From NCBI RefSeq assembly GCF_009914755.1, contig NC_060927.1: DNA of 64,000 nucleotides; one strand, 5' to 3'. Shown here in pieces: positions 1 through 13,619 of this stretch; position 1 is the first letter of the stretch, and each line of letters opens with the position of its first letter. Both the position numbers and the translations under genes were made by a program. The notes under the pieces were generated by a model. It had not been told where the DNA came from, did no database searches, and was given only the letters and a program-made list of their open reading frames with translations. This stretch comes from the human T2T-CHM13v2.0 reference genome, Homo sapiens.

Positions 1-178
1 TGACCTCCAAAAAGCACCCCATTGATTCTGACTTGAATCAAGATATGGCTGGCCCCAGAAAGCCCTTTTCCCAACCTCAACAATAAAGAATTCTTTCTTT
101 TGGAAATGTCTCCAAACTTGTCCCCTGTAGCCAACCAAGGACTGCCAAATATACCTGAAAACTAGTTTGAAATCTCTC

Positions 179-646
179 TGTTACCAAGACATAAGGGATT
201 TGGTCTAGGTCCTGCTGCTCACCTCAAAGAAAACCAATCACTGAGACAAGGATTATTGCCAAGGAAGAAGGCTGTGATTGGGTGCCACAGCCAAGGAGAT
301 GGGAGATCAGTCTCAAATCCAACTCCCTGACCAACTAAAATTGGGGGTTTATTTAGCAGGGAAGAAATATAACCATGTGTGAGAAAATGAAAACTCAGGA
401 GTGGCAAGAAAGCAATCATGATGAATGAGGGACCTTGAGTCTCAGTGTCTGGATACCATCATCATGTGAATTTCAGTTCTTTGAGACTTTTTGAGAGACC
501 TGGGGTTCTTTCCTTTGGAGGGAACTGAGATAAAACAAATGTAAATGTCAAGCTTTAAGACCAGAAAGGTCAATTTCTATATTTAGTTTCAAAAAAACAA
601 AAAACAAACAAAAAAACCTGTCTATGGATCCATTGGGTCAGTTTCA
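179..646 (-). mobile_element. ERV1 solo LTR (MER4 group, LTR26/LTR8-like)
   Basis: TG...CA termini. The reverse complement begins TGAAACTGACCCAATGGATCCATAGACAG and continues into ...CTGGTCTTAAAGCTTGA..., resembling MER4-group LTRs. Near 4-bp TSD (tctc/cctc). Confidence 0.7.
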
Positions 647-1823
647 CCTCCAAACTCCCTTCCAAAAACCTCATCTTCAAAGAACAATTGCTTTGTTCAT
701 GGGATGTATCAGTATTTCTTTTTAGTACTCTATAAAATGTACTATTTTCTAATATCTGTGAACTCATGCAACAGATGAGTTCCCTTGCCATACTTTTGAA
801 ATAAGCAGTCTTTAATAATTTTGTCTTGAATTTAAATTTATTCTTGGACATAAATGCATAATAATAAATGTAAGTGTCCTACATTGTATTTTTAATATAT
901 ATTTTTTGAATTATTTAAATTAACAGTATAAATGGTTGAGAAATTGTGATTCTTTTTAGATGGAATTTTAACAACCCTTTAGTTAGGCTGCCTCTTGTTA
1001 TACATTCATTGATGTGCATTCAATATTCTTATTACATACTGGATCAGAATTAGGTTCATAGTTCTTTAATTCTTTGCAACACAGACAAAATATCACGGTG
1101 ACATTTTCCATATATTATATCCTGATGCACCTGAGCATAATCTCTGGAAACTTTCCGGTTTTTGATGAGTCTCATTACAGCCTTAGATAATGGTTTTTCT
1201 TAGTGTCTAGATACAGGTTTCCAGGCTAAACCTTTAATTTTGTAGCAATTGAAAGGTTAACACCTTCTATTAACAGAAGAACTATATTGTGGTAATAAGA
1301 AACCATTGCACCTCTGCTGGGTAATGTCTAAACACAAGGAGCTTTACATGTCAGAGTTACCTGGTGTAGAAGTTAATACGAAAGATTTTAACACACCTCT
1401 ATTCTGTTTTCTCTAGCTTTTCAATTGTATTCCAAATAGCAAGCTGTTAACCTTTCAGGTCCTAGTCTATAATTTGTATTCTGGCTAACAGCTGATTTAC
1501 TTTACTGAAAGTTTTGCTGATGTAAGGAGCAAAGGATCAAGAGTTTAATGGACACACACACACAAAAAGCCCAACTCTATGCATTTAAATCTATCTTATA
1601 TCAGAAGAACTTATGATAAATTTACAGCAATAAAATGTCAAGGTGTTAATAAGAATTAACAGGTTTCCGTGTGATTATATGACAGAATCACAGCCCAAAA
1701 TATCACCTTTTTGCTGGAACTGGGAAAAACACACTGAACAGATGCATCCAGAAAGATAACCATTGTAAAAAGCATCTGTCTAAACTCTAAGTGTAAATTA
1801 TTCTTTAAAAAGAGTCCACTTTC

Positions 1824-2119
1824 AGCCGGGCACGGTGGCTCATGCCTGTCATCCCAGCACTTTGGGAGGCCGAGGCGGGCAGATCATTAGGTCAGGAGAT
1901 TGAGACCATTCTGGCTAACATGGTGAAACCCCGTCTCTACTAAAAATACAAAAAAATTAGCAGGGCGTGGTGACGGGCGCCTGTAGTCCCAGCTACTCCG
2001 GAGGCTGAAGCAGGAAAATGGCGTGCACCCGGGAGGCCGAGCTTGCAGTGAGCCAAGATCACGCCACTGGACTCCAGGCTGGGCTACAGAGCGAGACTCC
2101 GTCTCAAAAAAAAAAAAAA
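1824..2119 (+). mobile_element. AluY, full length
   Basis: Dimeric Alu with AluY-type diagnostics (gagattgagaccattctggctaac, ggcgtgcacccgggagg) and a poly-A tail. TSD is approximately aaagtccacttt. Confidence 0.95.
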
Positions 2120-2506
2120 GTCCACTTTGAAAATATGACATCAGAAGAGACTTAAGCATTGAAATACAGTTCCCACTTGCATTTAATGATGCTTTTACTT
2201 TAAAAAAATAGACAACCTGTTTCCAGATACAAATATGCTTAATTTTTTTAAATTAAAACTGCTAAGAAACAGATGCCCCTTTATGTACCTCTCACATAGG
2301 GACAGACAATTTTAAAGTTATAGGCCTTCTTGTTTTAAATCAAAGAGATCGTATTGATTCTCTTTACTGACTCCACAAATCAGACCTTTGCCTTCGTTGT
2401 TTTCAGCTGTGTATTTAGCATTAATTGCTTTTAGCCTCACGTCTTACTACTTTCTTAGATTGTAATCTCCATGTGGTCAGGAATCTTTTTTTACCCTTCA
2501 TTGTAT

Positions 2507-3816
2507 TGTGTCCGGAATTGGTGGGTTCTTGGTCTCACTGACTCCAAAAATGAAGCCACGGACCCTCGCAGTGAGTGTTACAGTTCTTAAAGAGGGCGTG
2601 TCCGGAGTTTGTTCCTTCTGATGTTCGGATGTGTTTGGAGTTTCTTCCTTCTGGTGGATTCGTGGTCTCGCTGGCTTCAGTAGTGAAGCTGCAGACCTTC
2701 GCAGTGAGTGTTACAGCTCTTAAGTCAGCGCATCTGGAGTTGTTCGTTCCTCCCGGTGGGTTCGTGGTCTTGCAGGCCTCAGGAGAGAAGCTGCAGACCT
2801 TCGTGGTGAGTGTTACAGCTCATAAAGGCAGTGTGGACCCAAAGAGTGAGCAGCAGGAAGATTTATTGCAAAGAGCAAAAGAACAAAGCTTCCACAGGGT
2901 GGAAGGGGACCCGAGCGGGTTGCCACTGCTCACTCAGGCAGCCTGATTTTATTCCCTTATCTGGCCCCACCAACATCCTGCTGATTGGTCCATGTTACAG
3001 ACGGCTGATTGGTCCATTTTGACAGGGTGCCGATTGGTGCGTTTACAATCCGTGAGCTAGATACAAAAGTTCTCCAAGTCCCCACTAGATTAGCTAGACA
3101 CAGACCACTGACTGGTGCATTTACAAACCTTGAGCTAGACACAGGGTGCTGATTGGTGCACTTACAAACTTTGAGCTAGTTACGGAGTACAGATTGGTGT
3201 ATTTACAATCCCTTAGCTAGACATAAAGATTCTCCAAGTCCCCACCAGACTCAGGAGCCCAGCTGGCTTCACCCAGTGGATCCCGCACCAGGGCTGCAGG
3301 TGGAGCTGCCTGCCAGTCTCGCACCATGGGCCCGCACTCCTCAGCCCTTGGACGGTCGATGGGACTGGGTGCCATGGAGCAGGGAGGCTCGGGCCACGCA
3401 GGAGCCCACAGCGGGTCGGGGGAGGGTCAGGCATGGCGGGCTGCAGGTCCCAAGCCCTGCCCCACGGGCAGCTAAGGCCCAGCGAGAAATTGAGCGCAGC
3501 AGCTGCTGGCCCAGCTGCTAAGCCCCTCACTGCCCAGGGCTGGCCGGCCGCTCCAAGTGTGGGGCCCACCGAGCCCATGCTCGCGCTGGCCCACAAGCGC
3601 TGCGCACAGCCCCAGTTCCTGCCCATGCCTCTCCCTCCACATCTCCCCACAAGCTGAGGGAGCCGGCTCCCACCTTGGCCAGCCCAGAAAGGGGCTCTCA
3701 CAGTGCAGCGGTGGGCTGAAGGGCTCCTCAGGCATGGCCAGAGTAGGCACCAAGGCCGAGGAGGCGCCAAGAGCGAGCGAGGGCTGCGAGGGCTGCCAGC
3801 ACACTGTCACCTCTCA
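2507..3816 (-). mobile_element. LTR12 (LTR12C-like) solo LTR of ERV9/HERV9
   Basis: The reverse complement runs TGAGAGGTGACAG...CCAATTCCGGACACA. It has a GC-rich U3, ~41-bp CCAAT-containing repeats and U5 repeats. Perfect 4-bp TSD GTAT. Confidence 0.95.
2980..3260 (-). promoter_or_regulatory. LTR12 enhancer/promoter repeats (NF-Y CCAAT array)
   Basis: Repeated gattggt (reverse CCAAT) within gattggtgcatttacaaaccttgagctagacacag-like units, upstream of the TATA-like ATAAAA at ~2950. Confidence 0.75.
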
Positions 3817-4100
3817 GTATCTTGTAGAATCTACCAGATAATTTATAACATAGTTATTTTAAAAAAATAGAATTATCGCATAAAGATAAATAAATATAAG
3901 TAAGTCCTTTGGCATTGTAATCCTGTACATGCATCCTTACGTGTTTATATAGGAGGCTCCTTACTATTCATGTATTTGGTTTTCTATTATAGGATGTTAT
4001 TTTTTCAAGATAACACTTGATCTCTGAGCACATCTATGTTTACTTCCACCCAATTGGTTTATTGGAAAAGAAAGTCAGAATGTTTGTTATACAGTACTTT

Positions 4101-5459
4101 TGTGTCTGGAATTGGTGGGTTCTTGGTCTCCCTGACTTCAAGAATGAAGCCGCAGACTCTCACGGTTAGTGTTACAGTTCTTAAAGACAATGTGTCCAGA
4201 GTTTGTTCCTTCAGATGTTCAGATGTGTCCAGTTTCTTCTTTCCAATGGGTTCGTGGTCTTGCTGACTTCAGGAGTGAAGCTGCAGACCTTCGTGGTGTT
4301 GAAGTTCATAAAGGTGATGCGTCCAGCATTGTTCGTTCCCCCCATCTAGAATTGTTCATTTCTGCTGGTGGGTTTGTAGTCTCGCTGGCTTCAGGAGTGA
4401 AGCTGCAGACCTTTACAGTGTTACAGCTCTTAAAGGCGGCGCAAACCCAAAGAGGGAGCAGTAGCAAGATTTATTGCGAAGAGCGAAAGAACGAAGCTTC
4501 CACAGCATGGAAGGGGTCCCAAACCTGTTGCTGCTGCTTGCTCAGGTGGCCTGCTTTTATTCCCTTATCTGGCCCCACCCACATCCTACTGATTGGTCCA
4601 TTTTGACAGGGTGCTGATTGGTGCATTTATGAACCTTGAGCTAGATACAAAAGTTCTCCAAGTCCCTACTAGATTACCTAGACACAGAGCACTGATTGGT
4701 GCATTTACAAACCTTGAGCTAGACACAGAGTGCTGATTGGTGCATTTACAAACTTCGAGCTAGACACACAGTGCTGATTGGTGTATTTACAAACCTTTAG
4801 CTAGACAGAGAGTGCTGTTTGGTGCCTTTACAATCCTTCAGCTTACAATCCTTCAGCTAGACACAAAAGTTCTCCAAGTCCCCACCGGATTAGCTAGACA
4901 CAGAGCACTGATTGGTGCATTTACAAACCTTTAGTTAGACACAGAGTGCTGATTGGCACGTTTACAAACCTCTAGCTAGACACAGAGTGCTGATTGGTGC
5001 GTTTACAATCCTTTAGCTAGACACAAAAGTTTTCCAAGTCCCCACCCAACCCAGAAGCAGCTCTCAATGGCACTTGGCTGCCGGACTTTGTGTCACCTAG
5101 CCCGGGCACTTGGCAGCCCAGAGGGAGCTCCTCCCCTGATCAAGCCCAGCAGGTGGGAAGATGAAGCCCAGCAGGCACGGAGTGTGGGCGGGCAGAGTGC
5201 AGACCTGCTGAGCCCGTGCCCACCTGGAACCTGCACCAGCTCCAGAGCGCTGAGCGCAGCCCCGGCTCCCGCCTGCGCCTCTCCCTCCACACCTCTGGGC
5301 GAGTAGAGGGAGCAGGCTCTGGCCTCGGGCCAGCCTCAGAGAGGGGCCCCCACAGCGCAGCGGCGGGCTGAAGGGCTCCTGGAGCGGCGTCAGAGCGGAC
5401 GCCGAGGCCGAGGAGGCCCCGAGAGTGAGCGAGGGCTGCTAGCACATTGTCACCTCTCA
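4101..5459 (-). mobile_element. LTR12 (LTR12D/B/E-like) solo LTR
   Basis: The reverse complement runs TGAGAGGTGACAATGTGCTAGCAG...CCAATTCCAGACACA, with a longer CCAAT repeat array at 4585-5050. No TSD found. Confidence 0.93.
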
Positions 5460-6232
5460 CAACATAGAATTAAATGTCCAACTTTTTTATTTTGCTTTTT
5501 AATTTATAATTGTAGATTCTTGCAGACACAATCTGACTGGCCAACTCCTGCAGGTTAACAGAGCCATCAAAAGAGACGTAGTTAGGACCCAGAATTCTCC
5601 AAGGCCATGTCTGATGATTAGCACAAAATAGTTTGCTGCTGATACTATCAAGAGTCCTCTCCACCTTGTCAACTCAATTTCTTGCTTCATTGCTTTGAAC
5701 CGCTATGGGACAGCAGGAGTTTAAGGGATGTCAACAAGAACACACTTGTTCTCTCAGGAATTTAGTACAAGAGGATAAACACTTACACAGCTGGCCAGAC
5801 TAATAGGTATAGAAGTGTGTGAATTAAGTGTTTAATAAATGCATGAACATTTTATTATACAGGGTCCAAAGGACCTTCCTCAGAATTATTGAATTTGACT
5901 GAACTATGTGGAGTCTACTTGGTGTAATTTCTTCTTAAAAACAAAGTTATACATTCTTTCTTACACAAACATCATGTTGAATACATTAAACACTAACACA
6001 TATGGCTGTATTTTGTCATATATTTCTGTGAAAACTCAATAATGACAAAACTCAAAATGAAAATTCAGAGAAATAACTTCAGTTGATTTTTTTCTATTTT
6101 GTGTATTTGCAATGAATAATGTTTATGAGCAATTTAGGCCCCACAGTGGAAAATCAGAAAGCTCTACAGGTATTTTCTGTATTCTTTTGAATATTTGTCT
6201 GTACAAACGCTATCTTTGTTAATGAATCTTCA

Positions 6233-6637
<405 letters not shown>

Positions 6638-8099
6638 TTACCTGGCAGAGTGTTCAGCTATACTATCTAGCCCTTGAATGGATATCATATTAGTTTCACA
6701 AAAGCTTTTACTTGAACCTATAAGAGGCTCAGTGGTTTAAATGAAAATCAGCATTATTGAATTACCACTTTTCTAACATACCTGCAAAAAGATGATCATG
6801 ATTGTGTGGTTAGGGTTGGGCTTTGAGCTATCGATTGTTACTGCTAGACCCATACTCAGGTCTTTCAGATAGAGTTTATTAGTTAGAATTCAATCAATAT
6901 CATTCGACTTTTTGTATTTTCACTGGCAGATGTAACAAAACTTACCCTTAAAGTGTAGGATATCTGACTAATTGAAAAACAGGGTAAAGGGTTAAAATCT
7001 ACTTAGGAAGATAAGCCTTAAAGCACAACACTGAAGTGAGAAAATGAACATGACAGCATTTTACCAGTCCCCCAAAACTGCTGAAATTCACTTTCAAAAA
7101 TACAACAAAATGGAAATAACTGGTTCAAAAATATTAAGCCTCTATTTTCTCAATTTGGAGAAAAATTGTTTTTTACCTACAGCTGGTGAATATTTTATAA
7201 ATAGCATTTTACACTATTTAAGCCCACTGGCAGCAATAGATTCCTTTTCTGTGGAAACACTGTTAAAGTCTATTTAAAGTATTGGAACATTTTATGAGGT
7301 CGGGAGGAATTAGACTGTGTATATTTAATTTCCTCATTTCACACACACTGTTATCATTACTGATAAAATCACGTCGACTATGTCTAAAATACTTAGGGTA
7401 ACCTACTTGACTGTTGTTTATTAGTGTGTAGAAAAAATATCCTTTTGTTTCTTAAGTTTACTTCTCATCTTTAAATAGTTTGAATTAGGTTGAGTCCTAA
7501 AATGAGAACATTGCACAGAACAAGTTCTCAGCAAAATTTTTGATAAATGTAAAGTTTTTCTCTGCCTCTTCCTTCTCTGATACCCTATTCAATAATTTGT
7601 CATGCCTTTTCTCAAACAGACCTTTAGCTTCATTTCCAACTCTAGGTATATTGTCCCTTGATGTTCTTTATTTTCTGAAAGGACTATTCCTTCCTTCTCT
7701 TTTCTACCCATAACCTCCATTAAAATGCTCGTATTTTTCAGTGAAATGAAGGAAAAAGTAATCAGATTTTAAAAGGTGAATAAGAATCTTTTGAAGTATT
7801 AGATTTTTTTAAGAACAGATTTTCTTTGCACAAAAGACCTATCATCAGTAATAATTTTCTTAACAGAGAGTTAAACTAAATTACTTTTTAATATCCATTT
7901 TCCCTCAAAATACTAGAAAAAAAAATAAACTAAAATGAACCATTAAAAGGTTTGTAAAGATCAATTTGTATAAAAGATCAGATAAATTTTAACAACAGGC
8001 ATCAGTTTCAACGCTTAGACAACTACACAGTTTTCTTACAAAATTATCCCTTCTTGGTGTTTTGGGATAAATAATAAGACATGAAATGGAAAGTGGTCA

Positions 8100-8500
<401 letters not shown>

Positions 8501-9844
8501 TTACTAAGGCTTTATTTTATCTAAGCCCTGAATTTTCATTCCAAAAGTATGATTTCAGTTTTAAAATTTTTCTGTTTATATGCCCCTCAAATATTCCCCT
8601 CAAAAAGTTAACATAACATATATATCATATTGGAGTCTGTACTATATTTAAAGCATGCTAATCCACCTTAATTTAGTATTATAAGTATATTTTAGTATAA
8701 ATTGTTCTTATTAATAAACGTTTTTCATAGTAAAGAATCCTACTATATGAATTCTGGGTGGAAATAAAACAAATATTGCTGTTTATAAGCTTATTATTTA
8801 ACTCTGCAACCACTGTGACACTATATATACAATAGAGAAATTTTGTATTATCAAATCTCTCACAAACCAGTGTCACAGAGTAGATTATCGCTTTGGGCAT
8901 AAGAAATAGCAAACCTATGACATTAGTTAAAAACTTTGTAACCAGATCATCATATCTCACACAAAATCCACAGTTGAATTAATTTGCTTTTCTATTTTCA
9001 GATTCTGCTACCCCACTCCCATCTATGCTGGTCTGCTGAAAAAACAAAACACGCTTGAAATAGCATATAGAAAATAAAATTTGCAACTTGTAGTCACAAT
9101 TTGCTTTGACACTCTATTAAATATTGGAGTTAAAAAGAGTTCTCCATAGATCTGAATAAACATTTACTTTACATTTGCTTCCAGTTATTAGATTTTTGCA
9201 ACAAAAAATTTAGCAGTCAAATTCAATTATTTGAGTTCTGAACAATGGCTTAGTCATGTAAAAATACTATAGAGGTAAATGATGGTTATTACTCCAATAT
9301 ATCTTGGTGTTAGTTCAAAGTTACTCTTTCAAATAATGTTGATAGAACTTTCCAGAAGAATTTAACATTTTATTTTGGGAGAGAGATTATCACATACTGC
9401 ATTATTTACCAATCCAATTACTTAGTTATTAGGTTGTATTTTCAATTCCTTTTGTTGTCACTAATGGACTGATTTGTCCTGTGTAATGCATTCAGTCTTT
9501 GACCATTATAAAATAGAAACTAAAACGAGAACACTAAAACACCTTCTTCACTTTCATTAAAGGCGAAGCCTCCTAAAATCATATCACATGTGAGCGAACA
9601 CAAGCTGTTTAGTGCGATAACATAGATTCAACTCAATTTCTAGATCTTTTGACTTTGTATACCTCTATATTCTCAACCGTTAAATGACAAAAGAAAGAAT
9701 GCATATCTTAAGCTCTCTAGCGATGTTGGAGGTTTAAAAAGATAATGTATCAGAAGTTTTTGTGAAGTTCTACATACATAAAAATTAGAATCACTGGAGT
9801 CCCGTTAGAGATAGGGTAAATAGGAACTCAGTATCTGTTGGTCA

Positions 9845-10020
9845 CCAATATTAATTGAGCTTTTACAGTGAAGTAGGTAGTGACAAACATAGCAGACAAA
9901 GCCTTCAATCAGAAAGCTTACATTAATGGAATAAGAGCCGGGAATACAAGCAACAAAATAAAAAGGACAAACTATTATATTTTAGTTAATGATGAATGTT
10001 ATGAGCTAGATTAAACATCA
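9845..10020 (-). mobile_element. L2 3' fragment (ancient)
   Basis: Degenerate similarity to the L2 3' end (aatattaattgagc...cagacaaagcc...gcttacatt). Confidence 0.4.
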
Positions 10021-10695
10021 TAATGTAGCTATTTATTGATTCATATAAAATAACCATATTTGTGGTTTGGATAGTGCCACCCAAGATAACTCGTTGTGTT
10101 TCAGTGGTGGTCTGCTTTTGGATAAAAAAAATTATATGCTATTTTTTCTTGATTTATATCTACATAAAGAAATTATTTTACTTGAAATTACATGCCTATT
10201 AATTTTGTCTTGCCTGTTTCCTATGTTTTATAATTTAAGGCTTACATGACTTTTGACTCATTGTGCCCAGATCAGCAAGTTTAACATCAGCCACATTTTA
10301 ATGAATATGTAGCATAATCAAAATATTTAAAATAAAGATACTGCTTGGAAAGAACTTTTAAGATGTATTGGAGGAACAGCTGCAGAATCAAGATTAACCC
10401 TCCCAACATCTTTGACCAGAGAATATTGGAAAAATGTTTTTGTCCTTGATTCACCCACTCAAATTGCTTATTACTCCATTAGAAGGCTTTCTAATAACAT
10501 CAGGGCCAGATGAAAGTTAGGGCCAGATATGGACATTTGGTATGAATTGTTGGTACCTGAGAAATCAGAGACTGAAACATCCAGTATGAAAAATGTAATT
10601 GAATTTGACCTGCCTTCTGGGAAGATTCATAGTCTGTTTCTACACTGTGAAAATATGCAGTGGAAATCTAATCAGTTACCTTAGATAATCCATGC

Positions 10696-10699
10696 AAAA

Positions 10700-10742
<43 letters not shown>

Positions 10743-10743
10743 A
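10696..10743 (+). repeat. (AAAT)n microsatellite
   Basis: About 11 perfect AAAT units. Confidence 0.97.
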
Positions 10744-12539
10744 GGAAAAGAAAGCTCTACACTATGTCAATTGAGAAATTGTTCAACCATCCATCTAGGA
10801 AATAGACCTACATCGAGGTCAATTGGAATCAGTTACACCTTGTTTTTGAATTTATGACACTATAATACATACTCAGTAAGTTATAAGTGAAGTTACATAT
10901 GGCCCATTTCTAAGATTTTTTTCTCATAACCTAAAAAATAAATCTAATCTTATATATATTTTCATTTTTTATTTGAAATAATAGCATTTTGTGATAGGTC
11001 AAAATATGCAGCATTTTCCTGAAATTTCTCATATTGTTATATTGATTCTCCTTCCCCATACAGCTTTTATTGGTCGTTAAATTCTTACTGGTAAAGGAAA
11101 TTTCTCTGTTGTGGGTTTTAGCAACTACCACCAAAAAAAATTTGTCTGTCTAATAGTTTGCCATTCCATAAATGTGCTATCAAAAGTCAGTTTGCAGGCT
11201 CAGTCCTCCACTTAGCAAAAGAGTTGTACTGTAATAAATCTTCTGTTGTGATTACAATGCAACAGAAATTCAATACAAAGAAGATTTGAGGCCCATAAAA
11301 ATCAAATGTATGGTGAAAGGATGATGATAGTCTTGTAAACCGCTACACACAAAAAAATGTAGAGTTTGAGTACTTAGTCACCCTTTTGACTTTTTCTAAA
11401 AAGTAACATATTTATTTAACAATTTTCATTAGCAAATAGGCAATTTTCGTTGTAGGGTTTTTTCTCTCACTAGTCCAAAATTAACTGTTTACATAAATGA
11501 TTTTTGTCCCATTTTTTCCCTCCTCAACCATTTTAAAGACAAGGATTTTTGTTTTTGCTTCATAGTAATTATGTTAGGAGCAAAGATTTTAAGGAAAGTA
11601 CCAAAAACAAGTAACTCAGACCCCAAAGCTTTGCAATGTGTACTTAAACTGGCTATTAATTAGAAACTTCATTCTTGTTCTTCAGTCATCCAATTTACAT
11701 GACTGTCTTCGCATTACGAATGAAAAATCCAAAGTTCAGTATCTGCAACATAGACTGTAGTTCTAATTATTTATATGGGACCTATACCCTTGAACATTTT
11801 GAATATAAATTGAAAAGTGTAAATCATTAATTTTTGAAATGCAAAAATGTAAATGCTATCTAACTAAATTTTGTATTTGTATTTATTTGTAAAACCTATC
11901 ATTAGGTCCTACTCAATTTTCACAAACATTTTATTTAACACAATGTTGTACACCTACTGAAAGTGAGTACTTAAGTTAGAATGTCTATTTAAGTGTTGTG
12001 CCAGTCATATGCTTATAAGGAAATTTCCTGTTTCCATAGGGGTTCCTAAACAAATCTTTGGCAAACTGCAAAGGTTAAGATAACTTATTTAAAAATAACA
12101 TTGTTCTACCATCAGATAATACACCTATGGTTTTAAATGCCTCTGAAAGATGTGGCAATATGTCCGAAAGATGACAGGTCGGAGAAACTCCAAAAAGCTA
12201 TTATACTATTCTATCAGAGTTATTGTGAAATATCAGAGGCAATATAAATAGTTTCAGTTAATTATTTGCTTTTCATGAAATAATAGAGACTCATTTCATA
12301 ATAGCATGAAATAATAGAGAATTATTTTATGAAATAATTGCATAATGTGACTCTGTAAATTATACTGATGGAGTGAGGTGGTGACAGAATGTCAAAATTA
12401 AATTTAAAAAATTAAGATTCAGAATGTTAAAAATGAGATTATCCTTAGTAATTACCTAGTCCAAGTGGCTCATTTGAAAAAAAAAGAAGAAATTGAAGCC
12501 AACAAAGAAAAACAGGATCTCATAATCACGTTGAAAATG

Positions 12540-12735
12540 GTTACCACTTATCAATCATGTATTATGTTCTCATCACTGTGCTAAACACTAAATATTTTAT
12601 AGTCCTTAAAGTAGGAATTTTTAAAAGAGAAAATTGAAACTAAGAAAAGTTTAAGTTGTTTAAGATGACATGGCTGGTATGTGTTGCAGCTTGGACTTAC
12701 ATATGGCCCTGCTTTACTCCAAATTCCAGACTTGT
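12540..12735 (-). mobile_element. MIR
   Basis: cactgtgctaaacact, gaaaattgaaactaaga and aagatgacatggctggta match the MIR core. Confidence 0.6.
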
Positions 12736-13102
12736 TGCTCCTTTCTCACGGTGCTTAGGATTACATGTGCCTTAATGTGTGATGAGCCTCCTGACTTGTA
12801 TTAATACTTTCGCTTCTGCACCGATATGAGTAATTTCCCTCAAAAAGCCAGAGTGCGATGAGAAATAGAAAACAAAACAAAACAAAATTGAACACATACA
12901 TTCAAGCAGTAAGCAGATATGTCACTTATTTTAAAAATGTTTTAACTAAGATTGCCATTCCATATTAATGTTGATGTTATATCCCTAGAGAATTCAACTA
13001 CAGGGACAATTTCTGTCTCTGTTTCTCTCTTTGTAAATTATATTTTGCTTCACTGATGGATGCTGAGGGAAAAGTGCTTTCTATTAAAACTAGTAGGCTT
13101 AC

Positions 13103-13619
13103 TTTTTCTTTTTTTTTATTATTATACTTTAAGTTTTAGGGTACATGTGCACATTGTGCAGGTTAGTTACATATGTATACATGTGCTATGCTGGTGCGTT
13201 GCACCCACTAACTCATCATCTAGCATTAGGTATATCTCCCGATGCTATCCCTCCCCCCTCCCCCCACCCCACAACAGTCCCCAGAGTGTGATGTTCCCCT
13301 TCCTGTGTCCATGTGATCTCATTGTTCAATTCCCACCTATGAGTGAGAATATGCGGTGTTTGGTTTTTTGTTCTTGCGATAGTTTACTGAGAATGATGAT
13401 TTCCAATTTCATCCATGTCCCTACAAAGGACATGAACTCATCATTTTTTATGGCTGCATAGTATTCCATGGTGTATATGTGCCACATTTTCTTAATCCCG
13501 TCTATCATTTTTGGACATTTGGGGTGGTTCCAAGTCTTTGCTATTGTGAATAATGCCGCAATAAACATACGTGTGCATGTGTCTTTATAGCAGCATGATT
13601 TATAGTCCTTTGGGTATAT
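13103..13619 (-). mobile_element. 5'-truncated young L1 (L1PA2/L1PA3-like): 3' UTR plus ORF2 C-terminus
   Basis: Poly-T followed by attatactttaagttttagggtacatgtgcac. ORF 13326-13568 gives MFIAALFTIAKTWN...IIILSKLSQEQKTKHRIFSLIGGN, the L1 ORF2p C-terminus. It has GAG rather than the Ta-diagnostic ACA. Confidence 0.95.

Noticed and set aside
2980-5050. Regularly spaced ~40-bp repeats that look superficially CRISPR-like
   Set aside because: These are LTR12 U3 enhancer tandem repeats with no unique spacers and no cas genes, in primate DNA.
2575-5460. Multiple 90-185 aa ORFs in the LTR12 elements (also 29070-30744)
   Set aside because: They are overlapping frames in GC-rich LTR sequence with few stop codons, and show no recognisable domain.
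5470-5730. Two overlapping minus-strand ORFs of ~64 aa beside the second LTR12 (possible retrocopy)
   Set aside because: No protein I recognise, and no poly-A tail or TSD pair.
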